A stretch of DNA of 29,033 bases, taken from a virus (lineage: Duplodnaviria > Caudoviricetes). Both the position numbers and the translations under genes were made by a program. The first letter of the stretch is position 1. Each line of letters opens with the position of its first letter. The notes beneath the pieces were generated by a model. It searched no databases. It had not been told where the DNA came from and saw only the letters and a program-made list of their open reading frames with translations. Location of the stretch: IMG/VR virus record IMGVR_UViG_3300046103_001535, positions 1 through 29,033 of that record; one strand, 5' to 3'. This document shows positions 9,401 to 14,722 of this stretch, piece after piece.

Positions 9401-12400
9401 GACATTCAGGCTGCTTTCGTTAGCGCCTGGACCGCCGTGATACCAACCGTCCTGACCAATCGCCTCACCATCACGATGAGTAATAACGGCATCGCGATCA
9501 TCGAACACTACATAGTTTCGGTCGCCTCCACGCCTACTGAGAGCGAACCCATCCCAGAATTTAATACCCCGGATTCCACGGGCTAGCATCCTAGTTGAGA
9601 CCTCTTTGTCATCACCAATAGCATCTGCCATTAGGTAATAGATCTCGCCCCCAGTTAGAGTCTTCCAGCCGTCAATTGGATCGGTCTCTTGCCAAACCAG
9701 TTCATCCTGGCGCTCCTTTTGGTATGCGTTGAAAAGAGTGTAATTTGATTTGCCGGGCAGGTCTTGAGTCCACCAATGCGCGAAGAACTCCTGCACCTCG
9801 GCAGACTGCTCTTCCATGCTTATATCCCAATCCATAGCCGAATCAATCATGCTGTCGGATACTTCAACGGTGTACAGGTGACCAGCAGCTGGGTCGCCAA
9901 CGTGAATAAAGACAGCATCCTTGACCATCTTGCGAAGAGCAAACATCTGCTGTACTGGATAGCCAGCGGACTCTCCGTCTTTTGCTTCTGCATTAGCCTG
10001 AAGCATGTCCATAACTGACTGAGTAAACTCTTCGTTGCCGGCGAGCTCGGTGTATACGGCAGCTGTTTCTATAGTATTAAGAACACCGTTGCTGCCGGCA
10101 TCTGCCGCCCACTCTGCCGCCTCTGTCAACCATTGAGATACATCCTCTGGCCCGTTAATCGTCCCAAGATCATACATCTCGTTCAAACCGTCATCGATCA
10201 GGCCAAAGTAAACGTAATCGGGTGATGCAGTTTTTTGTCCTCCCGACTTCCTGTAGCGTTCGGCAACAGCCAGTGCTTCCGATATGTATATGCCCCAGCC
10301 TTTGTAACTCTTCCCCTCTCCTGAGCGAACTTTGCTCAGGTCAAAGCGTTCAAACAAGTGGCGGGATCCGTGGTATCCGAGCTGCTCATAAACAATGTCT
10401 TGATCGCTATCAGGAGCGCCCGGATTGTTTTTCAATTCGGTTTGTGCGGCCTCATTCTGCTTATCAGTCAGAGGTATTCCGTTAACGCCTGTGATCGATA
10501 GATCGTTATCGCTGAACACGATCAGGTTGCGGTTAGCTTCGCCAGAAGCACGAGAACTACCATCGAGATACTTCATGCCCTTGATGCCGTACTCGGACAG
10601 CATGTACTTCGATGCCATGCGGTTTGGATTGCCGACTACAAAAAGTTCCACCAGCTCTTTATGCTGAGCGTCACTTACTAAGCCCTTCAGCTCCTGAGTT
10701 TTGCGTTGGTGGAAGTCATAAACAGTTTCATTGGGGGCCATCATGTCCCCGGCAATATCAAACTCTTTCATGTATTTATACAGCGTGTCTTCAGCCGCTA
10801 TGACCTGATACTCTTCTGAACCCTCAGCCTCTTCTGATAGCTGGGAGATCAATTGCGCCCACAATTCAAGCCCATTAATCGATTCAAGATCGGCAGTCGG
10901 ACCGAAGACTTCCATCGCCAAAGCTTGAATGGCTTCGCTCTGAACCGATAAATTCGCATCCTGATCAATCATAGTTGCCTGGACTTCAGGGGATACGCTG
11001 ATGTTATACATGAAGCCTTCGGTCTCGACGCTGATCAGACTTGGGTCGAGAGTTCGCATCTCGTCCACAGTTGCCTGATCGACAGTTATCATGTTGTTGC
11101 CAGTAGGGACAAAGTCGTTAACAGCCTTCTGGGCTTCTTTAATAGCAGAGTTCAGCCATTCGGCTGCGTTATCAAAGTCGCCATCGACCCGCTCATCCAA
11201 ATAGAAGTAAGCTTTGTCGCTTATCTTTTGGCCAGCAACCAATACGGGCGAACCTTCATCGGGCAGGAAGGGTTCTGCCTCACTGATATTTTCGGCGGTG
11301 TACCAACCCCAGCCACGATCCTGACCGCCTTGTCCCCGGCTCATGTTTTCGCTATCGAAGCGGGTGAAGTTGAACGGGGACGCATGCCACAGCTCAGCTA
11401 CTTCCTGGGTTGCTGCAACTTCTTCTGCGGTCATTCCGTTTACTGACGTAATCGTCAAAAGGTTTTCATCGAATACGACTAGGTTGCGTGTAGCCATTGT
11501 GTCAATCGCATCTTTGATGCTGTCAACAGTCAATGTGCCATTATTGAGAGCGGGGTATTCCTCAAAAACTGCTGAAAGCGCCTTCTCGTAACTACCTGTC
11601 TCGTTGTAAACCCTTGCCGCTAGATCGGTCGTTGGGCCGCTGCCTTTTGAAGAATAACGGGAACCCCCATCGAAGTACTTGATGCCGGGGATGCCTTTAT
11701 CATTAAGGAACTCGGATGCTTTCTCAGGGCCGAGTCTATTTGCTAGTAGATTGTAAGCGTTTTCGCCATTGGTGTTGCCAAAGACAAACATCTGCTCCGG
11801 GTCAATTATCTTAGCTAACTTGTTGCCTATTGGCTGATCCCAATCAAGCATTCTATCAACCGCTTCGTCTGGGATCTCTACTTCGTATAAGGATCCCTCA
11901 GGTAGTGCATATTTTTCAAATACCGCCTTCTCGTCAGCATTCATCAAATGACCATATTCATCAATCATTCCCCGAATTACTCCGGGGACTGATTGATTCG
12001 GCATTATATCTCCTGGGATGTCGTACTCCTGCATGATTGGCCCAATTTCATCGAAAGCTTCTTCTTCGTCATACCAGGTTGGGGTATCTGGATTGTATAT
12101 GTGAATACTTCCAATCCCCTGCTGGCCTTGCCGAACATAATCACCAGCCACCCCTCTATTCTGAGCCAAGTACAAACCATACCCGAAAGCCTGTGCGCCT
12201 TCACCTGTCCCCATCTTGTCCAAACGGAAACGACCAAGCGGTGCTTCGCGTATGACGGTCGATCCTTCTGGAAGCACATCACCTGACTCCACCCATTGCT
12301 GGGTTCCGTCACTTAACTCTATAAGTGTTTCTGGTGGGAACTTGTACGGTGAACCATGAAACACAGCCTGATCGAATGCTTCCGGGGGCATGTCTGACAA

Positions 12401-14722
12401 AGCCTCGCGAATCTCTTCGTTGCTCATTGTCTCTGGATCAAGACCTGCTGCCTGGAGTAGAGCCTCAACAACCCGCAATTCAGCACGGGCGGTATCGATC
12501 GATGTCGGCTGTGTTGCCGTAGCGGTCTGTGTTTCTGACTGCTCAAGCTTGGCCTCTAGTTCAGAGATATCATTCTGTACTTGCTGTCTCATCTCAGCCA
12601 CCAATTCTTCGGTAGCTTCATCCTGCTCGGTCATCGTTGCGTACTTGCCTTCGTAAGTTCCGGCATCGATAGCATCAAGATCATTGTTGAGCGAACCAAT
12701 CTCTGCCATGATTTGGTCTTTAGAAGACTCAGCGGTCGCAGCCTCCCCAGCTTGCTGCTCCTCAAGCGCAGCGCCCTCCAGGCTGACGTTAGACTCCCCG
12801 GTCTCACCATTGCGGATCTTATTCACAATAGCATCGAACCCAGTAATTGCGTCACGCTGTGAGCGTAGGTTCGGGTCGAGCTCGTTACGAATACTGCCAA
12901 CCTGCTCATCAAACAAGGTCTTGGCTGTTACACCCTCATTGCCGGCGGCACGCATCTTCTTGGCCAATGTGCGGAATACTGCTTCGTACATCATGGCATG
13001 CTGCTCTGATGTGTCGGGAGCATACCCAACACCCTGGAGCCAGCGGTTCATCTCAGAGTAGACTTCAGCTTCGGCAGTCCGCACCTCGACATCCATCGCC
13101 TTAATGTTTTCGATCTCAGCATTAAGGTCTGTTTGTGCCGCCTCGTTCGGAGTCATAGAGTCCAGACCGAGCTTCATGTATGGCTGCAGCGCCGCTTGGT
13201 TTGCTGCGCCGGCAACCTCTACCGCATAGACCTCGATGGGTATCTCAATATAACCGCCGTTCTCGCCCTTTTCTACGAGCTGTTCGGTGATTATCTGTCC
13301 CAGAGGGGTGTCGGCAAGCTCGTTGTCTTCCATGAAGAATACAGCGCCTTCTGGCTCCATATACACAGTTTTTGTGTCAGACTCTTCGCCCATAGCAGCA
13401 ATAGCTTCTTTGAACTTTGCCGGGTTGGTGTCGCGCAATTTGGACTCTGTGAACAACTGCGATGCCCGAGCCATGCGAGCTTGGTCTTCATTGGTCGCAT
13501 CGAGCTGCCGGGATTCCATCACGGTCGATGCGGTAGCACCGCCGCCTGATAGGATCAGACTGCCTTTAAACGCCATCCACGCTTCTTGCGCTACTGCCGA
13601 CGCATCCTTGCCAAACTGCTCAGAATCATAGGGCGTGTCATCGTCTTCGAGAAACTCACGCAACCCTATAACGACAGCCTTCTGTGTACCCTCTTCAATG
13701 GTGTTGTAGGCAATAGCGCCAGCGGCACCTTTCGCATTCTCTTTGGCTATATTAAAAAGACCCTTCTTTTTCAGCTGTTTCGCAATGGCTTTGATGCCCT
13801 CTTTCTCAATCCAATCCTTTACGCCAGGTATTGTGCCAGCAATCTTTTTTGCGCCAATAAACTCAGGCACAACCATAAGGCTGGAGTAGATCAGAGACCC
13901 TGTCATTGCTTGCTCTTCGGTCAAGCCATACTCATCTGATAGATCAGAATAAGCCTCATCGAAAAGCAGCTCCCATGTGCCCTTTGCCATCGCGGTAACC
14001 CCGGCAGCACCGGGCACTACCAACCCAACAGCATCGGAAAAGCTTGGCATGTCTCCATCGCCAAAAACTGCGTTAGCCATCCCACCAGCAGTTTCGCCGG
14101 TCTTCTGTGATGCGTTAAAAAAGTTACGCACACCCATGCCGACCACATCGCCACCCAGATACAATGCCGATGACCAGAATCCAGCCTTATCGTGAGCGGT
14201 CTGATTGTCTTGCCCGTGATCAGACAGGTATTCAAATTCCTTCTGCTCTTTAGCGTTCAGCCCACCATGAAACAATTGCTGAGCGCGTAACTCTGCTTTG
14301 CGCTGTTTGCCCCAGCCGCCAGCCAAACCCTTAGGAATTGCTAATAGGTGAGCCTCGATTGATCCGAGAGTCTCAACATCATCGTGTGCCTGTGCGGCGT
14401 TGTTTTGGTCTGATAGGAACTGAGCAAGTACGGGCGACTTTTCTAGAAGGCTGGTAGTGTTGATTTCTTTGAGCCGATTTTCATTCTTGATATCATCGCG
14501 AACAGGGGCAACAAGTTCGTTCGGAACGCCCGTCTGTTTCGATAGGATATCGTCCTCTGCGGCCTTGGCTGGATCAACCTGGATGCCGTTGCGCAAAGAG
14601 TTGTCTAGCTGTATTTTTCTTGGATCAGAGCCAAGAGGATCAGTTCCCTCGCCTACCAACATTCCCCGATCAAGCATCCGCAGCCGGCGCTTCTGTCGGC
14701 GATCCTCCAGCTCATCGGTCAT
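488..14722 (-). CDS. Giant (4744 aa) internal virion/DNA-ejection protein of polyvalent-protein type (gp16-position), carrying multiple enzymatic cargo domains
   Basis: Uninterrupted 14.2-kb ORF in the last internal-virion-protein slot, between a gp15-like gene and the tail fibre. Contains an LPD22-like N-terminal segment, six HG(S/T)-type ART-like modules, an HhH-GPD-like domain, a RadC/JAB HNHPSG motif and an HESGH zincin motif. Confidence 0.85.
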   Translation of the reverse strand: MTDELEDRRQKRRLRMLDRGMLVGEGTDPLGSDPRKIQLDNSLRNGIQVDPAKAAEDDILSKQTGVPNELVAPVRDDIKNENRLKEINTTSLLEKSPVLAQFLSDQNNAAQAHDDVETLGSIEAHLLAIPKGLAGGWGKQRKAELRAQQLFHGGLNAKEQKEFEYLSDHGQDNQTAHDKAGFWSSALYLGGDVVGMGVRNFFNASQKTGETAGGMANAVFGDGDMPSFSDAVGLVVPGAAGVTAMAKGTWELLFDEAYSDLSDEYGLTEEQAMTGSLIYSSLMVVPEFIGAKKIAGTIPGVKDWIEKEGIKAIAKQLKKKGLFNIAKENAKGAAGAIAYNTIEEGTQKAVVIGLREFLEDDDTPYDSEQFGKDASAVAQEAWMAFKGSLILSGGGATASTVMESRQLDATNEDQARMARASQLFTESKLRDTNPAKFKEAIAAMGEESDTKTVYMEPEGAVFFMEDNELADTPLGQIITEQLVEKGENGGYIEIPIEVYAVEVAGAANQAALQPYMKLGLDSMTPNEAAQTDLNAEIENIKAMDVEVRTAEAEVYSEMNRWLQGVGYAPDTSEQHAMMYEAVFRTLAKKMRAAGNEGVTAKTLFDEQVGSIRNELDPNLRSQRDAITGFDAIVNKIRNGETGESNVSLEGAALEEQQAGEAATAESSKDQIMAEIGSLNNDLDAIDAGTYEGKYATMTEQDEATEELVAEMRQQVQNDISELEAKLEQSETQTATATQPTSIDTARAELRVVEALLQAAGLDPETMSNEEIREALSDMPPEAFDQAVFHGSPYKFPPETLIELSDGTQQWVESGDVLPEGSTVIREAPLGRFRLDKMGTGEGAQAFGYGLYLAQNRGVAGDYVRQGQQGIGSIHIYNPDTPTWYDEEEAFDEIGPIMQEYDIPGDIMPNQSVPGVIRGMIDEYGHLMNADEKAVFEKYALPEGSLYEVEIPDEAVDRMLDWDQPIGNKLAKIIDPEQMFVFGNTNGENAYNLLANRLGPEKASEFLNDKGIPGIKYFDGGSRYSSKGSGPTTDLAARVYNETGSYEKALSAVFEEYPALNNGTLTVDSIKDAIDTMATRNLVVFDENLLTITSVNGMTAEEVAATQEVAELWHASPFNFTRFDSENMSRGQGGQDRGWGWYTAENISEAEPFLPDEGSPVLVAGQKISDKAYFYLDERVDGDFDNAAEWLNSAIKEAQKAVNDFVPTGNNMITVDQATVDEMRTLDPSLISVETEGFMYNISVSPEVQATMIDQDANLSVQSEAIQALAMEVFGPTADLESINGLELWAQLISQLSEEAEGSEEYQVIAAEDTLYKYMKEFDIAGDMMAPNETVYDFHQRKTQELKGLVSDAQHKELVELFVVGNPNRMASKYMLSEYGIKGMKYLDGSSRASGEANRNLIVFSDNDLSITGVNGIPLTDKQNEAAQTELKNNPGAPDSDQDIVYEQLGYHGSRHLFERFDLSKVRSGEGKSYKGWGIYISEALAVAERYRKSGGQKTASPDYVYFGLIDDGLNEMYDLGTINGPEDVSQWLTEAAEWAADAGSNGVLNTIETAAVYTELAGNEEFTQSVMDMLQANAEAKDGESAGYPVQQMFALRKMVKDAVFIHVGDPAAGHLYTVEVSDSMIDSAMDWDISMEEQSAEVQEFFAHWWTQDLPGKSNYTLFNAYQKERQDELVWQETDPIDGWKTLTGGEIYYLMADAIGDDKEVSTRMLARGIRGIKFWDGFALSRRGGDRNYVVFDDRDAVITHRDGEAIGQDGWYHGGPGANESSLNVPAFLTRNRAGAEWFAGDRGGRVAEYNVTMNNPLDITTREGIVEFMEIARSAGADVQIEGDILNDYGWDFLSDDISNFSPYDGSNPIDMVYIPAVRDALKAAGYDAVLLNDILERSEIATMVALSPEQVRPLAVDADTGAQGVDGTAMVAEYRQLERENSDINKRLADIDSPDEMTVARRKATDGKKRIDEIVGGAIQKADELERRGVLLTKVQESLMNARRVNVRRMDAILKQVDDQTYQSLAGGGKPRPIEGADTGAKGVDGTAEESAAYQTDRLAYRVNREERAARAKALGFDISRVWYHGTESDFTEFNELPDGGVAGAFTENFSTAALFANEGEVLEVYLKNANIEEDGYQGDPEAYIESKDDVIRLDDPRLDAPSAAYQVSETAWHGSPYGFDAFDMSRIGSGVGALGHGWGLNFATNKDKGELYADFATGRFSAALNATRINGQTLEDFLFSLPASERETAWAMLTTTVESIARRWSDDPMIDFNTDYAESLREIPSYAEDVQWVGQDGEELAVNPAVVQSIVDRIDTATTPRNEGVLYEVSINNDAIDQMIDLDKTLEEQPTVYNKLKIAGYDNFTPDMTGADAQKQIGYTYNLTMPNGSVVKPSNMVAKDVSLELDRMGIPGNKYLEDGSTNIVTFSTKPVTITSINGDPVITDNASGIVDADPVVPAEINDETGKYETTEADLAEEKKWANWNPPRYKDGKYKGVPPGAETRGGLRKLRKSIVQLIDEGAAGRYWYEDSSRRILEIAQGNVRDAEKIIQLIAIYSPQSNVQVNTYFAVRAWNQYKNGVARKDLKVKTDTQDTKARKVLYDGIPFEGRKTDSFYKNLMHHILATVPNALEQLDLDQDLINELNKPVTIDMWMLRAYGYTSDAASNDVAGTGRYSFSENDIRRHTARMNKNLQPGEDRYTPHQLQAMIWSSMKARYEFPDVKAATWEESIAKGIATKDDKGKNKRPTTAEGNRQHGAIWRKHAMAVDTERVPAAVEESRMSFDDFLAHMTQVISWEAIPSRSLGLEILDASPETQRLFTARAMKLLISADGEDNLAALLGVPLAYLRESQGGYQGDIVNNALSHLLPTKGAGGFSVSEVRRYVRAIQYIYKQNAVPWFRADPMALTSKKAKEEQQFKVIKLATGAMVNKSRADTQVEAQAFADKKNAPFEEEFLKLYTPWEERRDAAEKAKKKFDEPEPQRQFQVRGGKYARGVAFTFSGNPSRNDLRIMIQSMQVFLGEDTGLTLTGPNEVTVINFRDDDTGVPFMDDEVFFDEIENFLDGHKDQLGIIDHDVILTQGEYGYDHNWKKDPAGEAILERSFSGSPGLQAWIRGRRAAFEQLLTEYSGEELKQREAEAAALNGTLEVREDPIGYAEDEVFYQADTTDQDLARAQAADNFRIRVEHREISTLPIGLDQVNSAEDVAHVLAPLRKHAQETMVILVLDKNNKPIHLIRHTKGFKDRTSVNFLELVGSIAATPGAASVWLGHNHPSGVSTPSGLDKGTDDYAVTEKFQELISHIGIEYRGHVVVGDGLFASSINKEGGRGSVVVEATIAGRRNTISLTERVFAKRVRGRILVNNPTAAIKAAKSVESDNAIILMDNKNVMIGAIPMSLDEIELLIPNGMPKRILAAMDKTNTAAVIVKTKEARDGENLMRFLNDYVDNQVNLRVVDLVYQTSPNKYATSRDKPNRDILQSRGEFLQKDYAGPPAKAPKKLQPRGYFNPRTREITLTPRANLSTFLHESGHLFLTIYTDLASASPEIQADLDIVMGWAGYKGKRYEDLDQDQKREVQEKFASGFEHYLFEGKAPTAELQSVFNKYQAWLVMIYKKGTSIFSRNNLAGTELSDEVREVMNRLMATEAEMDQAKQQQHYKTMPVDRLGLTPEQIEDYLRVVQEAEDEADAQLTAATMAEMQREREKWWKDEVAQERMVIAEEMEERQDLVVYDFLSGRTTVEGIPNFKLNSDLVNAIYGEDVSASIKGLMNKGGMHPDQAAPLLGYKSGEELVIAMANAIKPKDRPASAKAEAEARVKEREGDMQRDGTLYDAAQEAVHNDKQAKRHVLELHILNQKLGNKEALQPMPRVQSAAYKEAARQEVASMPWKDINPSKHLASEQKYGRQVARFSAKGEWVQAREAKHKQLRQFYLYKESLIQRQQGEKHRAWLAKQKTAKRDPKRYNPEYITQLRVLLSMFDTRKAPNKNDVEARLAKVNKFIQGQAEANPGLIADAYLDQIQDWRNMTVEDLAALRDAVKNLLSVGKQLSDVEYAAVTAQAEEAAQSILNSTTKKAPNETINDRTWDETVLSYGRRITQDQIAMRTDIRLFDDYETNGVWYRNVLAPIIAATNKRTKMDLAASEQINDMFLPFAGKLTRTTKKRIQSARGASESLEEGIITRRTEAGEKMTMSAGERVMLAVYWGSPDSREAILKSGHKGVALTENDVQVMLNLLTEEQKQLVMDIWAYNEQYWAESSRIQQVLSGVAPMKVDHVPFKAGDTVMPGGYQRIYYHWSMKDQQKLDMHEGDQNTMNVSDRIKQSKTGAMIERQGSGGREIRLEVSNVVRAADDVMQFIAFAEASAQVSKFLNHPTTKSAILEAYGKEKFQSFMDTVAGVFQGNIEAGGPINVAMRYVRSNLSIAYLTLSVRNMVQQPLALSNSFGRNGEVKTMKAMLEFALHPIETIKWVQERSIFMQERNKLINREVMEQSAVLEKRAAAGWIEQRRFVLQIIGDAIGTYPTWMASYWTGLERVAKPGMTKEEIELAAYEYADQETAALMGSGQKKDMAPMFQGSGTFARQVGPEVSKQLTFMGSFFGFNYNLYADVWSRARKGKISKTQFTREMMWYLLIPAIVGKLIVDRLPDDDDDEGWAKWMLHAVADYGLSASMMMRNFAGALKGFKPNIPAYNFISGVARLGGEVAELADEEETFDKADVASIIRALQPMVPMVGSGQVARSLEQMQSADDGEEDPSIVNALIKGKKR
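3830..4262 (-). other. Domain of giant protein: zincin-like HExxH metallopeptidase-fold domain
   Basis: RGYFNP...ITL...ANLSTFLHESGHLFL (4175-4189)...QEKFASGFEHYLFEGKAP. HExxH plus a downstream E (EKFA) that could be the third ligand. Confidence 0.7.
4385..4685 (-). other. Domain of giant protein: second, degenerate JAB-like repeat
   Basis: VNNPTAAI...AIILMDNKNVMIG...TNTAAVIV...LRVVDLV aligns by eye with the RadC scaffold (i.sp..a / l.LD.kn..i / naa.vi / i.llDhi) but lacks the E/HxH residues. Confidence 0.5.
4813..5165 (-). other. Domain of giant protein: RadC-like JAB/MPN domain with intact metal-binding motif
   Basis: VNSAEDVAHVL..LRKHAQETMVILVLDKNNKPI...VWLGHNHPSGVSTPSGLD...HVVVGDG shows the full E...HxH...SxxD JAMM signature (first H about aa 3258). 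Confidence 0.85.
6600..7230 (-). other. Domain of giant protein: HhH-GPD DNA glycosylase-like alpha-helical domain
   Basis: WYE...IAIYSPQSNVQVN...GRKTDSFYKNL...PVTIDMWMLRAYG...YSFSE..I...TPHQLQAMIW. The K after G-R and the D of VTIDMW (about aa 2641) parallel the catalytic Lys and Asp (PVDxW/HxxR) of Nth/Ogg-family enzymes. Confidence 0.5.
7433..8239 (-). other. Domain of giant protein: ART-like module 6 (long type)
   Basis: AWHGSPYGFDAFD (H about aa 2165)...IGSGVGALGHGWGLNFA...LYEVSI...MIDLD...GIPGNKYLE...TNIVTFS...ITSING. Confidence 0.6.
8249..8599. repeat. Pair of 15-bp direct repeats (8249-8263 and 8585-8599), each encoding SAAYQ
   Basis: ttggtaggcagcaga vs ttggtaggcggcaga (14/15), 336 bp apart and in frame, flanking ART-like module 5. 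Confidence 0.7.
8270..8545 (-). other. Domain of giant protein: ART-PolyVal-like module 5 (compact, possibly degenerate)
   Basis: RAKALGFDISRVWYHGTESDFTEF (H about aa 2076)...AFTENFSTAALFA...GEVLEVYLK. The C-terminal half is very short. Confidence 0.55.
8606..8641. repeat. 36-bp direct repeat, copy A (encodes ADTGAKGVDGTA)
   Basis: cgctgttccatcaacacccttcgctccggtgtctgc; 35/36 identical to 8963-8998. Confidence 0.95.
8963..8998. repeat. 36-bp direct repeat, copy B (encodes ADTGAQGVDGTA)
   Basis: cgctgttccatcaacaccctgcgctccggtgtctgc; 357 bp (119 codons) from copy A, same frame. Confidence 0.95.
9010..9448 (-). other. Domain of giant protein: ART-PolyVal-like module 4 (short type)
   Basis: WYHGG (H about aa 1762)...AFLTRNRAGAEWFA...VAEYNVTMNNPLDI...LKAAGYDAVLL...MVALSPEQVR. 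Matches the HG / F.T....A..ya / l...nPl / L...GYDgv / vvf.p.Qi layout of polyvalent-protein ARTs. Confidence 0.65.
9467..10381 (-). other. Domain of giant protein: ART-like module 3 (long type)
   Basis: GYHGSRHLFERFD (H about aa 1451)...SGEGKSYKGWGIYIS...LYTVEV...AMDWD...GIRGIKFWDG...RNYVVFD...ITHRDG. Confidence 0.6.
10478..11395 (-). other. Domain of giant protein: ART-like module 2 (long type)
   Basis: LWHASPFNFTRFD (H about aa 1113)...GQGGQDRGWGWYTA...MYNISV...MIDQD...GIKGMKYLDGSSR...RNLIVFS...ITGVNG. Confidence 0.6.
11436..12367 (-). other. Domain of giant protein: ART-like module 1 (long type)
   Basis: VFHGSPYKF (H about aa 789)...GTGEGAQAFGYGLYLA...LYEVEI...MLDWD...GIPGIKYFDGGSR...RNLVVFD...ITSVNG. 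Confidence 0.6.
13150..13460 (-). other. Domain of giant protein: LPD22-like (large polyvalent protein-associated) segment
   Basis: SKLRDTNPAKFKEAI...TVYMEPE...ITEQLVEKGENGGYIEIPIEVY resembles the recalled LPD22 pattern (skl.er.p..f.efi...vyid...eql......g.di.ip...y). Recognition only; boundaries approximate. Confidence 0.55.

Noticed and set aside
488-14722. Virion RNA polymerase (N4/crAss-like), intein or DGR target as explanation for the giant ORF
   Set aside because: No polymerase catalytic motifs, intein splice motifs, reverse transcriptase or adenine-variable repeat pair was seen in the window.
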